Shown here in pieces: positions 20,732 to 31,113 of a DNA stretch of 64,000 bases. The translations under genes and the position numbers were made by a program. Under the pieces are notes generated by a model, which was not told where the DNA came from, did no database searches, and was given only the letters and a program-made list of their open reading frames with translations. This DNA is from a bacterium (GTDB lineage: Bacteria > UBA8248): positions 2,624,001-2,688,000 of the forward strand of contig OZ253442.1 in assembly GCA_965261085.1 (NCBI GenBank), read 5' to 3'. Position 1 is the first letter of the stretch; every line of letters begins with the position of its first letter.

Positions 20732-21210
20732 TGGAATTTCCCGCATATCAGAACCCGCACACGATTCGTCATATCCTGCGGAACCATCGCCGCGTGGCGA
20801 TGGTGGGGCTTTCGGCGAATGAATCCAGGCCGAGTTTTTTCGTGGGTTATTACCTGCAAAGAATGGGTTTCGAGGTAATTCCGGTGAACCCGAGATACGA
20901 GCAGATACTGGGCCAGAAAACCTACCCGGACGTCGTATCCATACCTGAGCCTCCCGACGTTGTGGACGTGTTTCGCAGGCCGGATGAAATTTCAGAAGTG
21001 GTTGACGAGGCGATGACGGTCGGCGCCAAATCCCTCTGGCTACAATTCGACGTGGTGAACGAGACCGAAGCCGCTCGCGCGCAAGAGGCAGGCCTTCTCG
21101 TCGTCATGAACAAATGCATGAAGATAGAACATGGCCGCCTGAGAGGCGGTTTGCATACGGCGGGCATGAGGACCGGCGTCATCACGACGCGCCGGAGCCC
21201 GCTCCTGTAG
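20731..21210 (+). CDS. CoA-binding protein (YccU-like), translationally coupled to metY
   Basis: VAMVGLS, VIPVNP, DVVDVFR, LWLQ and CMKIEH; TGATG overlap. Confidence 0.9.
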
Positions 21211-21325
21211 TCCGGAATTCAGGATGTGATTATTTTCCGGTAGTTAGACAGCTTGCAAATCCCTGAATAATCCTTTACAAAATTCTATGAGGTCTGCTGG
21301 CCTGCCGCCTCTCCACGGGGATAAC

Positions 21326-22012
21326 ATGAACAGACTGAAAATCCTGATTCTGGGAGTGCATCTGTTTCCCCTGTTCGTTGTTCCGTCCGCTGCCGCGGAA
21401 AATAAATTCCTCGTCGAAATGAGAGCGATATCCGGTCTGCCCCACATCGTTCTCTCTCACGGAAAAAAAGTTTACCTGAGAGGCAGGCGTTCGATGCTCC
21501 CGGGGGATCACATCGTCACGAGCGGTGGTTCGCGGGCGCTCATTCACTTTCGGAGGCGTCCGGGTTGCCGGCTTATACTGGAGCCGAACACTTCCTTCAA
21601 GTTAATGGGTCTGAAGCGCAGCGGCACCTATTCGGCGAAACTGAACAGGGGCACGGTGAAATGCGACACGGCTTCCTGCGGGCTGAGCCTGAGCGTGATG
21701 ACGCCTGCGGGAATGCTGCGCGGCCAGGGGGCTGAATTCGCCCTGCAAGCCTATCGCCATTTCACTACCGTGGTACTCAAAAAAGGGCGAATGCGCCTGT
21801 TTGTCGGCGGTCAGGCCGTACCGTTGCGCGAGATGACGAGCACAACGGTTTCAAAAACGGGGGGCCACCGGATCACCACGATATACAGCGGCGATCCTAG
21901 AATCCCCAGCCTCTTCTCCCCCCTTCCCCTTCCCGGAATTTCCCCCTCTCCTCCAAAGCGCCGTTTTCGATACAAATTCATTTCCCCCGCCTCGATGACG
22001 CGAAGCCCTTGA
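21326..22012 (+). CDS. Exported FecR-domain protein
   Basis: Signal peptide; GDHIVT...LEPNT...TPAG..RG.EF pattern. Confidence 0.65.
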   Translation: MNRLKILILGVHLFPLFVVPSAAAENKFLVEMRAISGLPHIVLSHGKKVYLRGRRSMLPGDHIVTSGGSRALIHFRRRPGCRLILEPNTSFKLMGLKRSGTYSAKLNRGTVKCDTASCGLSLSVMTPAGMLRGQGAEFALQAYRHFTTVVLKKGRMRLFVGGQAVPLREMTSTTVSKTGGHRITTIYSGDPRIPSLFSPLPLPGISPSPPKRRFRYKFISPASMTRSP

Positions 22013-22132
22013 CGAAAGCCACGCTTAAGCCTTACTAAATAGCCTGTGATATTTCTTTCGCCGAAAACTCGACGCGGTTCGGCCCATCACCCGGGCGCGC
22101 CCGGGCCTTTTGCGCGGAGCATTTCTTTCGGT

Positions 22133-22209
<77 letters not shown>

Positions 22210-22260
22210 TTTTATTTCTTCACGATGAGCGAATGGCGCATCCCTCGAGGAGGCCGAAAG

Positions 22261-23172
22261 GTGGAGCTTGGTTTTATTGGCCTGGGAAGGATGGGAAGCC
22301 AGATTTGCGGCCACTTCATTCGCGCCGGTCACGACGTAACGGCTTACGACGTGCGAGAGGAAGCCACTCAGGAGGCCGAGAACAAAGGCGCGCGCGCAGG
22401 GCGCAACCCGGCGGATGTCGCCTCCCGTTCAGAGGTTATTTTTACATCCTTGCCGCATCCCAACATATCGCGCGAGGTGATCCTGGGTGAGGAGGGAATT
22501 CTGGCGGGCGCGCGCGATGGCGCGCTCCTGGCGGAGACGAGCACCGTCTCCCCTTCCCTCATCAAGGAACTCGCACCTTTGGTGAAAGCGCAAGGGGCCG
22601 AGTTGATGGATGCCGCCGTGAGCGGCGGCGTGAAAGGGGCGCAGGCCGGAACCCTCACGCTGATGGTGGGCGGCGGCGAAGCGGGATTCGAAAGACTCAA
22701 GCCCCTTCTCGCGCATTTCGGAAAAAACATCTTTCATTGCGGCGAATCCGGCATGGGCATGTTGTTCAAGGTCGTGAACAACATGCTCTCGCACGTGAAC
22801 CTCGCGGCGTTGACCGAGGCCATGGCCCTGGGCGTCGCGGCGGGCGCCGACCCCGATTTGCTCTGCGACGTCATTGCCGTCAGTTCGGGCCGCAGCCGCC
22901 AGGTGGAGGACAGGCTCAGGAAGCACATCCTGCCGGGTGAGTTCACGCCCGGGATGACGACTAATCTCGCGACGAAAGATTCCGACCTGTGCCTCGAACT
23001 GGCCCGTGAACTTCGCGTTCCCACCTTCATCGCCAGCGCGACGCATCATGTATATGAGATGGCGATTCAGAAAGGATACGGGGCCGATGAATACGCCTCG
23101 CTCATCAAACTCTGGGAAGAATGGCTGGACATCGAGGTGCGCTCACCCGGCGCAAGGCGGAATTCCTCTTAG
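22261..23172 (+). CDS. NAD(P)-dependent beta-hydroxyacid dehydrogenase (3-hydroxyisobutyrate/tartronate semialdehyde family)
   Basis: GFIGLGRMG, DAAVSGG, LTLMVGG, KVVNN; GTG start after GGAGG. Confidence 0.92.
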   Translation: MELGFIGLGRMGSQICGHFIRAGHDVTAYDVREEATQEAENKGARAGRNPADVASRSEVIFTSLPHPNISREVILGEEGILAGARDGALLAETSTVSPSLIKELAPLVKAQGAELMDAAVSGGVKGAQAGTLTLMVGGGEAGFERLKPLLAHFGKNIFHCGESGMGMLFKVVNNMLSHVNLAALTEAMALGVAAGADPDLLCDVIAVSSGRSRQVEDRLRKHILPGEFTPGMTTNLATKDSDLCLELARELRVPTFIASATHHVYEMAIQKGYGADEYASLIKLWEEWLDIEVRSPGARRNSS

Positions 23173-23218
23173 AAATACGATGAGACTAAAACCCTCACCC
23201 GCCGCAACTTGAAGGACG

Positions 23219-23779
23219 ATGAAAATGACGCCTGAGGCAATGTTCGATGAAGCTTTTGGCTCCGCTTTCGAGGACAGGAAAAACCTGATCTCCTTTCTGG
23301 AGAATATCGACCCCGCCCACGTCAACTGGCGGCCCCCCGATGGCGAATGGTCCCTGCACGAGAATCTCGAGCACATCCTTTTGACGGACAATTATTACGC
23401 GCGCTCCATCGAAAAGAGTCTCGCGGAGGCGGCGGATTCCGGGTCGTGGGACACGGCCCCCGAGAAACCGCAGAAGATGAGCCGTGAGGCGCTCAGGCGC
23501 AGGGAGCAGGGCCGGGTTCCGGCGCCCGATTTTCTCATCCCGAAGGGCGAAGGCGATTTCCGTGAAATGATCGCCGAACTCATGCCCAACAGGGAGGCGG
23601 TTCACCAAATGATGCTCCCTCACCGGAACACCGACATGAGCCGCTACGTGCACGAGCATTTTCGCTACGGCGACCTCAACATTTACGACCGCATCGTCTA
23701 TTCCGGCACGCATGATTATCTTCATCAGGACCAGATGACGCGCGTCCTCCAAGCTCCGGGCTACCCGGAAAGCGGATGA
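23219..23779 (+). CDS. DinB family protein
   Basis: WSLHENLEH...H...HDYLH metal-binding His pattern. Confidence 0.85.
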   Translation: MKMTPEAMFDEAFGSAFEDRKNLISFLENIDPAHVNWRPPDGEWSLHENLEHILLTDNYYARSIEKSLAEAADSGSWDTAPEKPQKMSREALRRREQGRVPAPDFLIPKGEGDFREMIAELMPNREAVHQMMLPHRNTDMSRYVHEHFRYGDLNIYDRIVYSGTHDYLHQDQMTRVLQAPGYPESG

Positions 23780-23813
23780 TATATCCGGTCTCACCCTCCC
23801 CCAGAATCCGCCG

Positions 23814-25217
23814 ATGAGCGATTGGACGATAACGACGCTTCGGGATGCTTACCGCGCCGGTGAGGTCTCGCCGGTCGAAATCGTCGACGACACCCTCGCC
23901 CTCATCAAGCAATGGAATCTCCATTTGAGGGCCTATCTGCACGTCAGCGAAAGAGGGTTGCGCAGGGCGGCGCGGGAATCCGAGCGAAGATTCCGCTTTG
24001 GCGATGAACTCGGCCCGCTCGACGGCATTCCCGTGGCCTACAAGGACCTCTGCTTTATTCCGGGAACTCCCACGACTTGCGGAAGCGTGATGTTTCAGGA
24101 CGATCCACCCCCCGATGCGGTATCGAGCGTCTGGAAGCGTCTCGATGAGGCCGGCACCGTCAACATGGGAAAACTCAACATGGCGGAACTCGCCATGGGG
24201 CCGACGGGGCGCAACAGGCATTTCGGCGATCCCCAGAATCCCTGGAAACAGGGCCACGTTACGGGGGGTTCGAGCAGCGGGTCGGGATGCGCGGTAGCCG
24301 GGGGGCTGGCGCTGGCCGCGATAGGTACGGATACGGGCGGCTCCATCCGCCTTCCGGCGGCGTTTTGCGGCGTGGTGGGCATGAAGCCCACGAATGGCCG
24401 CGTGAGCGGGCATGGGGGAATGGCGCTCTCCTGGACGCTCGACACCTTTGGCCCGCTCACGCGAACGGTGGCGGATAACGCGCTGGTGCTTTCCGCCATC
24501 GCGGGTGCAGACCCCGAGGATGCGCGCGCGAGCACGCGACCCGTGCCCGATTATCTCCATACCCTGGGGGAATGCATCGAGGGCATCCGGGTCGGCATAC
24601 TGGAAGGTTCTGGGCTGAAGGGCGTTTCAGAGGAGGTGCAGGCGGCTTATGGGGGTGTATGCGAAGCGCTTGAGCACCGGGGTGCGAATTTCGTTCCGAT
24701 GCCGCCTCCCCGCTCGCAAGAACTCGAAGAACTCGCCAATACGATTTTCAAATACGAGGCGCTGATGCTGCACGGCGAGCGTCTGGAGAAATACGAGGAT
24801 GAGGTGACGCCGGAAGTTCTGGCGCGCCTTGAAGCCGGGCGCGGGATTCACGGGGCTGAATATCGCGCCGCGCTCGTAAGGCGTGAGGAATTGATTCGTT
24901 ATTACGAGAGCGAAGTGTTCTCCGCCGTGGACGTGCTGGTCTCACCGACAACGCCCGTTCCCGCACCCTCTCACGCGCAGGCGCGCTCCGAGGCGGAGGG
25001 GCTGATTGCCTCCCTGACGCGCTTCACGCGCTGGGTCAACACCCTGGGCGCGCCGGCGATATCCCTCCCCTGGGGCTTTTCAGAAGACGGACTGCCGCTA
25101 GCGGTGCAGCTTGTCGGTCCGGATTTCAGCGAAGCGATGCTCTACAAAATCGCCCACGCCCTTGAGGAGGAAAACGGAGGCTGGGATAAGTCGCCCACGT
25201 TCGAGTCGTTTCGATGA
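23814..25217 (+). CDS. Amidase-signature family enzyme
   Basis: GPLDGIPVAYKD, GGSSSGSG, GTDTGGSIRLPA. Confidence 0.95.
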   Translation: MSDWTITTLRDAYRAGEVSPVEIVDDTLALIKQWNLHLRAYLHVSERGLRRAARESERRFRFGDELGPLDGIPVAYKDLCFIPGTPTTCGSVMFQDDPPPDAVSSVWKRLDEAGTVNMGKLNMAELAMGPTGRNRHFGDPQNPWKQGHVTGGSSSGSGCAVAGGLALAAIGTDTGGSIRLPAAFCGVVGMKPTNGRVSGHGGMALSWTLDTFGPLTRTVADNALVLSAIAGADPEDARASTRPVPDYLHTLGECIEGIRVGILEGSGLKGVSEEVQAAYGGVCEALEHRGANFVPMPPPRSQELEELANTIFKYEALMLHGERLEKYEDEVTPEVLARLEAGRGIHGAEYRAALVRREELIRYYESEVFSAVDVLVSPTTPVPAPSHAQARSEAEGLIASLTRFTRWVNTLGAPAISLPWGFSEDGLPLAVQLVGPDFSEAMLYKIAHALEEENGGWDKSPTFESFR

Positions 25218-25328
25218 GGTTCGGGGATATCGCCTGAGGAGTTGCTAGCGGACGTATTTCGCCGCGAAATCGGCGGGAGTTTTTCCCGGCTCAATCGGGC
25301 GAGACCTACCAGAATGGAAGATATCTAT

Positions 25329-25401
25329 TCGATAAATTCCTGAAAACAATTCGATAAAATTAGATAAATTGACGATGTTTTTCGATAAATTGATGAAAAG
25401 G
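25329..25401. repeat. Array of four TCGATAAAT-type direct repeats in an AT-rich intergenic islet
   Basis: Copies at 25329, 25351, 25361 (variant) and 25382. Bases 25382-25401 are the exact reverse complement of 51905-51924. Confidence 0.75.
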
Positions 25402-25551
25402 CGCGTCTGGAATTATAGTTCATCTTAATTCTGGATAATATATTCTAACCGACTGATATATATTAAAATATGTATATAATATCAGATGATAACTCTTTTC
25501 GGGTAATTCCGTGGCGAGAGGCCTCATGGAGAGGCCAGAGGCGGTGAGTCA

Positions 25552-27414
25552 TTAAGCTGCGCCGTCTTCTTTTTGTTTCTCTTTCTCCCAATCATTCAAT
25601 GATTTAGGAAGCTTATCCTCATTGTATTTCTTTATCATGCGGTAGACCTTCCCGCCTTCTCGCACATATAGGAACTCCGAGCCCTCCTTGCCCGCGAAGC
25701 GAAACGGCCCCCACTCCCCGTGGCGGATGTCCCTGCCCGAGAGCTCGACGATAAAGTCTTTGAAATCAGGCGCTTCGCCGGGTTTCGCCTCCCCTTCTCT
25801 CTCGAAATCCCTGAGGGCGCCTACGAGATCATTCACGTTGCCGGGCTCGGCTTCCTTGCCCTCGGGAGAGACGAAGCGCCATCCTTGGCCGAAGCGCTCC
25901 AGCTTCATGAAGGATTTATGGGGAAAACGGGCCGTAACTTCCGTGATTTCAAGGTCTTTCCCGTAGAGGAGCAAACGCCGCTCGCTCAGGAAATAGGGTG
26001 TTTTCGTGATCTTCTCATAATCTTCTTTCTTGATGGCGAACAGGCGTTTTTCTCCCTCCATTCGGCCGTACGCCCTTTTCTTGTCCTTCAGATACTCTCC
26101 GACAATGAAGGATATTTTCTCGAGAGGCCCATCTTTTTTCTTTCTCAGCCAGAGGGTATAACGAAGCGGCGCGCCTTTGCCGTCCTCACGTGTCAGGGCG
26201 TATTTCGAGAGGTCATCTCCGGGAGCATCCACGTATTCTATGGAATTGCTCCACTTGATGTCCCACAAGAGGTCGTCCAAGTGCTTGTGACGGCCGATGA
26301 GTTTTTCCTGTTTTCCATCCGCCGCCGTCAGCTGGAGGTCCCATTTCTTTTTCGCCTTTCGAATGATGTCGAGTTTTTGAGATTTCGATTCCATCAGAAG
26401 GCGAGTGATGTGGTCGACATCATAATCGATAACGGTTTTGTGCCTTAGCGAGAATACGGATTTAGGTAAATCCTTGAATGTTTTCTCATTGATGAGCATG
26501 ACGGGGCCGCCGGATAGCCTCCTGGCGTAATAATAAACCTTTGGTTTCTTCTGAGGGCTTTTCGGTTCGGGAGGTTCTACTTTTTTGCCGCCAAGGATAA
26601 CCCCGTCTTCGGGTTTTTCGTTGTTTTCGGTGAAGATGCGCACCGTAATTTTGGGTTTATCCAGACCATAGGGGGCGAGATTCTTGGGATTTTCATCAAC
26701 GAATTTTTGCACCTTATCCCATTTGAAGGTAGATACGATGCCTTCCGAATCAATGGAGTCAGCCCTGTCCTGAATGGGTTTCACAAGTACCCACTCATCT
26801 TTGCTCTTGCGAACAACGGTGAAACCACCACCATCCTGAGGTTCGACAATCACCTTTTTAGCGCGTTCGGGCATAATGGGGACAATCGACCTGTCCCGAA
26901 TACTGAATACCGTTTTGTCGAACTTGGCGATATCGGAAAGCTGGAGGGTGAAAATTCCAGGGGTCTTCGCCAGCGCGGCATATCGGAATTCGCGTGTGGG
27001 GGTTCTATCCCCAATTTCGACGGAAACATCGTCCTTGTCTTTCAGCCCGAATGTGATTTTCATCCTGGGCTTGTCCATTCCGAACTCTGCTTTGTCTTTT
27101 ACGTTTCCGATACGTCGGCGCTCCCGGAGTTTAGCCGCTGCTTCGAGGAGTTTTTCGACCTCATCTGCATCCACGGCAGCGTCGACAGGTTTGACGAACC
27201 GCCACCCTTTTTCCGTCCGGATTATCTGGTAGGGTTCCTCTTTTCTCAACACATCAATTCTTATGAGAGCCTTCTGGTCAATTCCTTTCAGGAGTTTGAC
27301 TTTTCGCTCTTTGGCGGCCTGTTCCTCGGCGGCCCATTTCACGTCATAGACGTAATATGCACCACCAATGAGCAGCAAAACGAGAAGTAATAAGAGATTT
27401 TTCTTGGGGTTCAC
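25552..27414 (-). CDS. DUF4340 multi-repeat membrane-anchored protein
   Basis: N-terminal TM and repeated W....P....AD / YGL..P units. GTG start overlaps the upstream stop (GTGA). Confidence 0.85.
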   Translation of the reverse strand: MNPKKNLLLLLVLLLIGGAYYVYDVKWAAEEQAAKERKVKLLKGIDQKALIRIDVLRKEEPYQIIRTEKGWRFVKPVDAAVDADEVEKLLEAAAKLRERRRIGNVKDKAEFGMDKPRMKITFGLKDKDDVSVEIGDRTPTREFRYAALAKTPGIFTLQLSDIAKFDKTVFSIRDRSIVPIMPERAKKVIVEPQDGGGFTVVRKSKDEWVLVKPIQDRADSIDSEGIVSTFKWDKVQKFVDENPKNLAPYGLDKPKITVRIFTENNEKPEDGVILGGKKVEPPEPKSPQKKPKVYYYARRLSGGPVMLINEKTFKDLPKSVFSLRHKTVIDYDVDHITRLLMESKSQKLDIIRKAKKKWDLQLTAADGKQEKLIGRHKHLDDLLWDIKWSNSIEYVDAPGDDLSKYALTREDGKGAPLRYTLWLRKKKDGPLEKISFIVGEYLKDKKRAYGRMEGEKRLFAIKKEDYEKITKTPYFLSERRLLLYGKDLEITEVTARFPHKSFMKLERFGQGWRFVSPEGKEAEPGNVNDLVGALRDFEREGEAKPGEAPDFKDFIVELSGRDIRHGEWGPFRFAGKEGSEFLYVREGGKVYRMIKKYNEDKLPKSLNDWEKEKQKEDGAA

Positions 27415-29099
27415 CGCAGTTGCCTTCTCCTGACGTAGACGGCGGCTCCGATAAGGATGATGAACAAGGGCATGATCCAGACGGTGAACAAATGAACGAA
27501 CCGGCCTTCTCCGCCCGCCAATACGAGAGGCTCGCCCGTACGGCTTTTGGGACGGATGGTTATCAGGTCTTTCTCGCCGCCGAGCCAATTCACGGTGTTT
27601 AACAAGAGATTCGAATTGCCTTGTGCGCCGACGAAAGCATCACTCGCAAAATCGGCATCTCCGAAAACGACGATTCTGGCCTCGTTCTTCTTGGTGTTTT
27701 GCTTGTCGGACGCGGGCGTTTTCGCGTCATCCTGAGAGCCCTGCCCTTGCGCAAGTTTATAGAGATCAAGAGTCACGGTAACGGCGGCCCCTATCGGCAC
27801 GGGACCTTCTTTTTTTGTTTTAGGATCGAAGGAGAGTTCGCCATCCTTGATGGATACGCTCTCGACGGTATAACTTCCCGCTCCCGTTTTCACCAAATCC
27901 TCGGAATGTAGTCCCGCCTTGGGCATGCCCGTGGCTGATACATGCCGAGCGGTTGGAAAAACCGTCGCCAAACCTTTCAATTGCTTGGTGATTTCATGTA
28001 ATCCATAGTTCACTGCAAACGGGGTGACTATATTTCCACCCGCCAGGGCGAAGCGCACCGATTCGGGATCGATGACAAAAGATGGAGGAAGCTTGAAGCC
28101 ATATCTTTCCAGGAGCGTGGCCAGACGTCCCGGCTTCGAATCAGGTTCCAGGAAAACAAGAAGCTTTCCGCCAGATTTGATGTAAGCATCGATATACTCG
28201 ATTTCCACTTCTTCCAACTCTTTTTGGGGCGCCGCGATAATCAACATGCTGGTATTTTCAGGCACGCCTTTTTTCCTTAACAAAAGAAGCTCATCCACCT
28301 GGTAGTTGTCATCCCGCATGCCGATGGCGAGTGTCTTCATCACCTCACGTCCTTGACCGGAGAAAAGCCGCTCCCCATGGCCCGTGAGATAATATACGCG
28401 CTTTTGTTCGGTTTGAATGGTTTTGAGTATCGCGTTGGCGATCGCGTTTTCTGAAAGATTGAATATCTTCTCCGAGCGGAACGTCTTTTTCTTCTCTTTG
28501 TCCGCGGAATTCGGTTTGTCCTGCTTCTCGATTTCTTTCTTATCGAAATGATGAATCACGACCAATGTGCCATAGGCGTCTACATCATATCTGCGGGCAG
28601 TTCGTGGAGAGGCGTCCAGGTCCAGAAAGCGGAAAGTGACTTGTTTCGATGCCCGGGTATATTGTTCCAGAATTTCCGTTACCGCAGGTTGTTCCAGCTT
28701 GCGTGCAAAAGTGATGATCTCGATCCGTCTTTTTTCTCTATCGAGTTTGTTCAACAGATTTGTGGTTTTCGCGGACAGGCTGAAGAAATTTCCTGGAGTG
28801 ATATCCCAACGCTTGAAGTGGTTCACGCTCACGAGTTCAACGACCACCAAAATGGCTGTCACCACGACAACCATCAGGACAACTTGTATACCCGTTCGCG
28901 TGGACCGGAGCCGCATGCCGCCTTGGATTTCGCGCCGTGAACTCCACGCCGTATACACAAAGCAAACTATCCCCAGGGCAATGGTGGCGTAAGCCCATTT
29001 GGGGGGAGCGGAGAATTGATCATGACCGGCCCAGCCGGAGATGCCAATCAGCAATAAGGCGGCAGAGGCGATAAAAAAGTACAGATTTCTGTTTTCCAA
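27411..29099 (-). CDS. GldG-family ABC transporter auxiliary protein
   Basis: RWDIT...FSLS..T, YYLTGHGE, RIVVFGDADF, N..LLLN.VNWL, C-terminal TM. Confidence 0.9.
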   Translation of the reverse strand: MENRNLYFFIASAALLLIGISGWAGHDQFSAPPKWAYATIALGIVCFVYTAWSSRREIQGGMRLRSTRTGIQVVLMVVVVTAILVVVELVSVNHFKRWDITPGNFFSLSAKTTNLLNKLDREKRRIEIITFARKLEQPAVTEILEQYTRASKQVTFRFLDLDASPRTARRYDVDAYGTLVVIHHFDKKEIEKQDKPNSADKEKKKTFRSEKIFNLSENAIANAILKTIQTEQKRVYYLTGHGERLFSGQGREVMKTLAIGMRDDNYQVDELLLLRKKGVPENTSMLIIAAPQKELEEVEIEYIDAYIKSGGKLLVFLEPDSKPGRLATLLERYGFKLPPSFVIDPESVRFALAGGNIVTPFAVNYGLHEITKQLKGLATVFPTARHVSATGMPKAGLHSEDLVKTGAGSYTVESVSIKDGELSFDPKTKKEGPVPIGAAVTVTLDLYKLAQGQGSQDDAKTPASDKQNTKKNEARIVVFGDADFASDAFVGAQGNSNLLLNTVNWLGGEKDLITIRPKSRTGEPLVLAGGEGRFVHLFTVWIMPLFIILIGAAVYVRRRQLR

Positions 29100-29103
29100 G
29101 TCC

Positions 29104-29880
29104 CTACCCTCTCCACCTGTAGTATTCAAGAGATCTGAGCACCAGAAAACCACATAATATGTTCATGTTGACGAGATAAATGATGTCGCGCGTATCGATG
29201 ATGCCCCGGATAGAATTTCGCAAGTGCATTCCCAATGAAAGATGCCTGAGAATCGAGGCTAACGGAGCACTGGCCGATGCCGCGAGAACATCCATGAGGA
29301 AAGTCGCGAGAAGCACCATAAAGGCAACCATGGCCGCGACGATTTGATTCGAAGTCCAGGAACTGGCCAAAAGGCCAACGGAAAGGAACGCCATGCCCGT
29401 CAATAGTAATCCGAGATAGGCGGAGGAGATGATGGTCCATTCCACCTTGACGAAAGCGCTCAGAATAATCGGATAGACGAGAGTAATTGCCAGCATTACC
29501 AGGTAGATGGATAAAACGGAAAGGTATTTGCCGGCGAACATCTGCCCGTTGCGCAGCGGAAAAGTGAGCATCAACTCCATCGTGCCCTGCTTTTTCTCTT
29601 CGCTGAACAGACGCATCGTCAGCAATGGCGCGACGAACAAGAGGATGACGGTGACGCTGGAGAATACCGGCTCGAGAACGGCCGAAGTTGGCGTGATGTT
29701 GTATTGCGCTGCGGCTTGGGGGTTTCTGGCCAACTGCATAGAAACGGCGGCATAGGTGAGAAATGCGCCGGAATAGAATATGCCCATCAATACCGTCCAT
29801 GCCGCGAGAATCACGTACGCGATGGGCGAGAAGAAAAACGAGGCGAGTTCTCGTCGGCATATCCAAAAAGTATTACGCAT
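29104..29880 (-). CDS. ABC-2 type permease (GldF-like)
   Basis: RELASFFFSPIAY, PLLTMRLFSEEKKQGTMELMLTFP, TSNQIVAA. Confidence 0.92.
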   Translation of the reverse strand: MRNTFWICRRELASFFFSPIAYVILAAWTVLMGIFYSGAFLTYAAVSMQLARNPQAAAQYNITPTSAVLEPVFSSVTVILLFVAPLLTMRLFSEEKKQGTMELMLTFPLRNGQMFAGKYLSVLSIYLVMLAITLVYPIILSAFVKVEWTIISSAYLGLLLTGMAFLSVGLLASSWTSNQIVAAMVAFMVLLATFLMDVLAASASAPLASILRHLSLGMHLRNSIRGIIDTRDIIYLVNMNILCGFLVLRSLEYYRWRG

Positions 29881-30838
29881 TTACAGTTTCCTCATCGTGT
29901 TTTTGCTCCCCGCTGACGATACGAACGAATAGATCTTCCAGCGTTAGCCTTACCTGCCGAATTTCAGTGAGTTTTCCCTCCGCCGCGGATACGGCGGCGA
30001 CCAGATCGGAGCGAATGTCATCGCCGCTTTTTGCGTGCACCTCGAAATGCGCCTCTTCTCCCGTTGATGTGCCGAGCAGTTCTACGCGATCAACCCCTGA
30101 TACCGTTTTCATTTTGTCGGATAAAGTTCCAACGCCTCCGATTGCCGAAACGCGTATGGTCGAATCCGCCTGTGCGTTCGCCGCCAGCGTATCGAGCGCA
30201 CCCTCGGCAGCTACCTCGCCTTGATGGATAATCACGACGCGGTCGCATACCATGTTCACTTCCGGCAGGATATGCGTGCTCAGAATGAGGGTTCGGTTGC
30301 CCTTGAGTTCTGAAATTAAATTCCGTATTTCCACGATCTGAGCCGGGTCGAGACCCGAGGTGGGCTCATCGAGAATCAACACAGGCGGGTCGTTCACCAT
30401 TGCCTGCGCCAAACCGACCCGTTGGCGATATCCTTTCGAGAGGTTGCCGATGAGGCGGTTGGCGACATCCTCAAGCCCGCAACTGCCGACTACCCTTTTG
30501 ATGCCGGCATCTATTTCCACACCACTCATGCCTTTCATGGAAGCTACAAAATTCAAGTAAGCTCTTACAGTCATATCCCCGTAAAGCGGGTTATTTTCCG
30601 GGAGGTACCCCAGGTTTTTTTTGGCTTCGAGTGGTGATTCTGAAACATTGACATTCGCCACCCAAGCTGAACCAGAGTTTGGCGGCATATAGCCCGTCAA
30701 AATGCGCATGGTCGTTGATTTTCCAGCGCCGTTGGGGCCGAGAAATCCCAGCACCTCTCCCTCTTCGACTTGAAAGGAAATATCCTTCACACCACAAAGG
30801 TTGCCATAATATTTTGTGAGGTTTTCAACTCGTATCAA
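29873..30838 (-). CDS. ABC transporter ATP-binding protein (GldA-like)
   Basis: GPNGAGKST, LSKGYRQRVGLAQA, LILDEPTSGLDP. Confidence 0.95.
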   Translation of the reverse strand: MIRVENLTKYYGNLCGVKDISFQVEEGEVLGFLGPNGAGKSTTMRILTGYMPPNSGSAWVANVNVSESPLEAKKNLGYLPENNPLYGDMTVRAYLNFVASMKGMSGVEIDAGIKRVVGSCGLEDVANRLIGNLSKGYRQRVGLAQAMVNDPPVLILDEPTSGLDPAQIVEIRNLISELKGNRTLILSTHILPEVNMVCDRVVIIHQGEVAAEGALDTLAANAQADSTIRVSAIGGVGTLSDKMKTVSGVDRVELLGTSTGEEAHFEVHAKSGDDIRSDLVAAVSAAEGKLTEIRQVRLTLEDLFVRIVSGEQKHDEETVNA

Positions 30839-31001
30839 CGAAGAACTCCTTAAAAGAATCTGTGCAAATTATCCTCTGGCGTCCAAGCCGTTCTTCTCTC
30901 CTGAGATATCAAGTTGACCAAGGCATTTGTGTGATTAAAAACATCTCGAAAATTTATGAGATGCAAGAAGATAATAGTAAAATTCCTTATTTATCAATAT
31001 A

Positions 31002-31028
31002 TTGGCACTCTGTTGCATTGAGTGCTAA
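31002..31028. promoter_or_regulatory. CIRCE element (HrcA operator)
   Basis: TTGGCACTC-tgttgcatt-GAGTGCTAA: 17/18 match to TTAGCACTC-N9-GAGTGCTAA with the exact 9-bp spacer. Confidence 0.9.
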
Positions 31029-31031
31029 TAT

Positions 31032-31060
31032 AAAATAATCATTTCGCCCCTTTTTGTCAA
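31032..31060 (-). promoter_or_regulatory. Sigma70 promoter immediately upstream of CIRCE, driving the Gld-type operon
   Basis: Minus strand reads TTGACA-17 bp-TATTTT; CIRCE starts a few bp downstream. Confidence 0.7.
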
Positions 31061-31113
31061 CTCAATAAAAAAAACTTCTTCCTCTTCCTTGAATGATGGT
31101 AAGAACACGGGTA

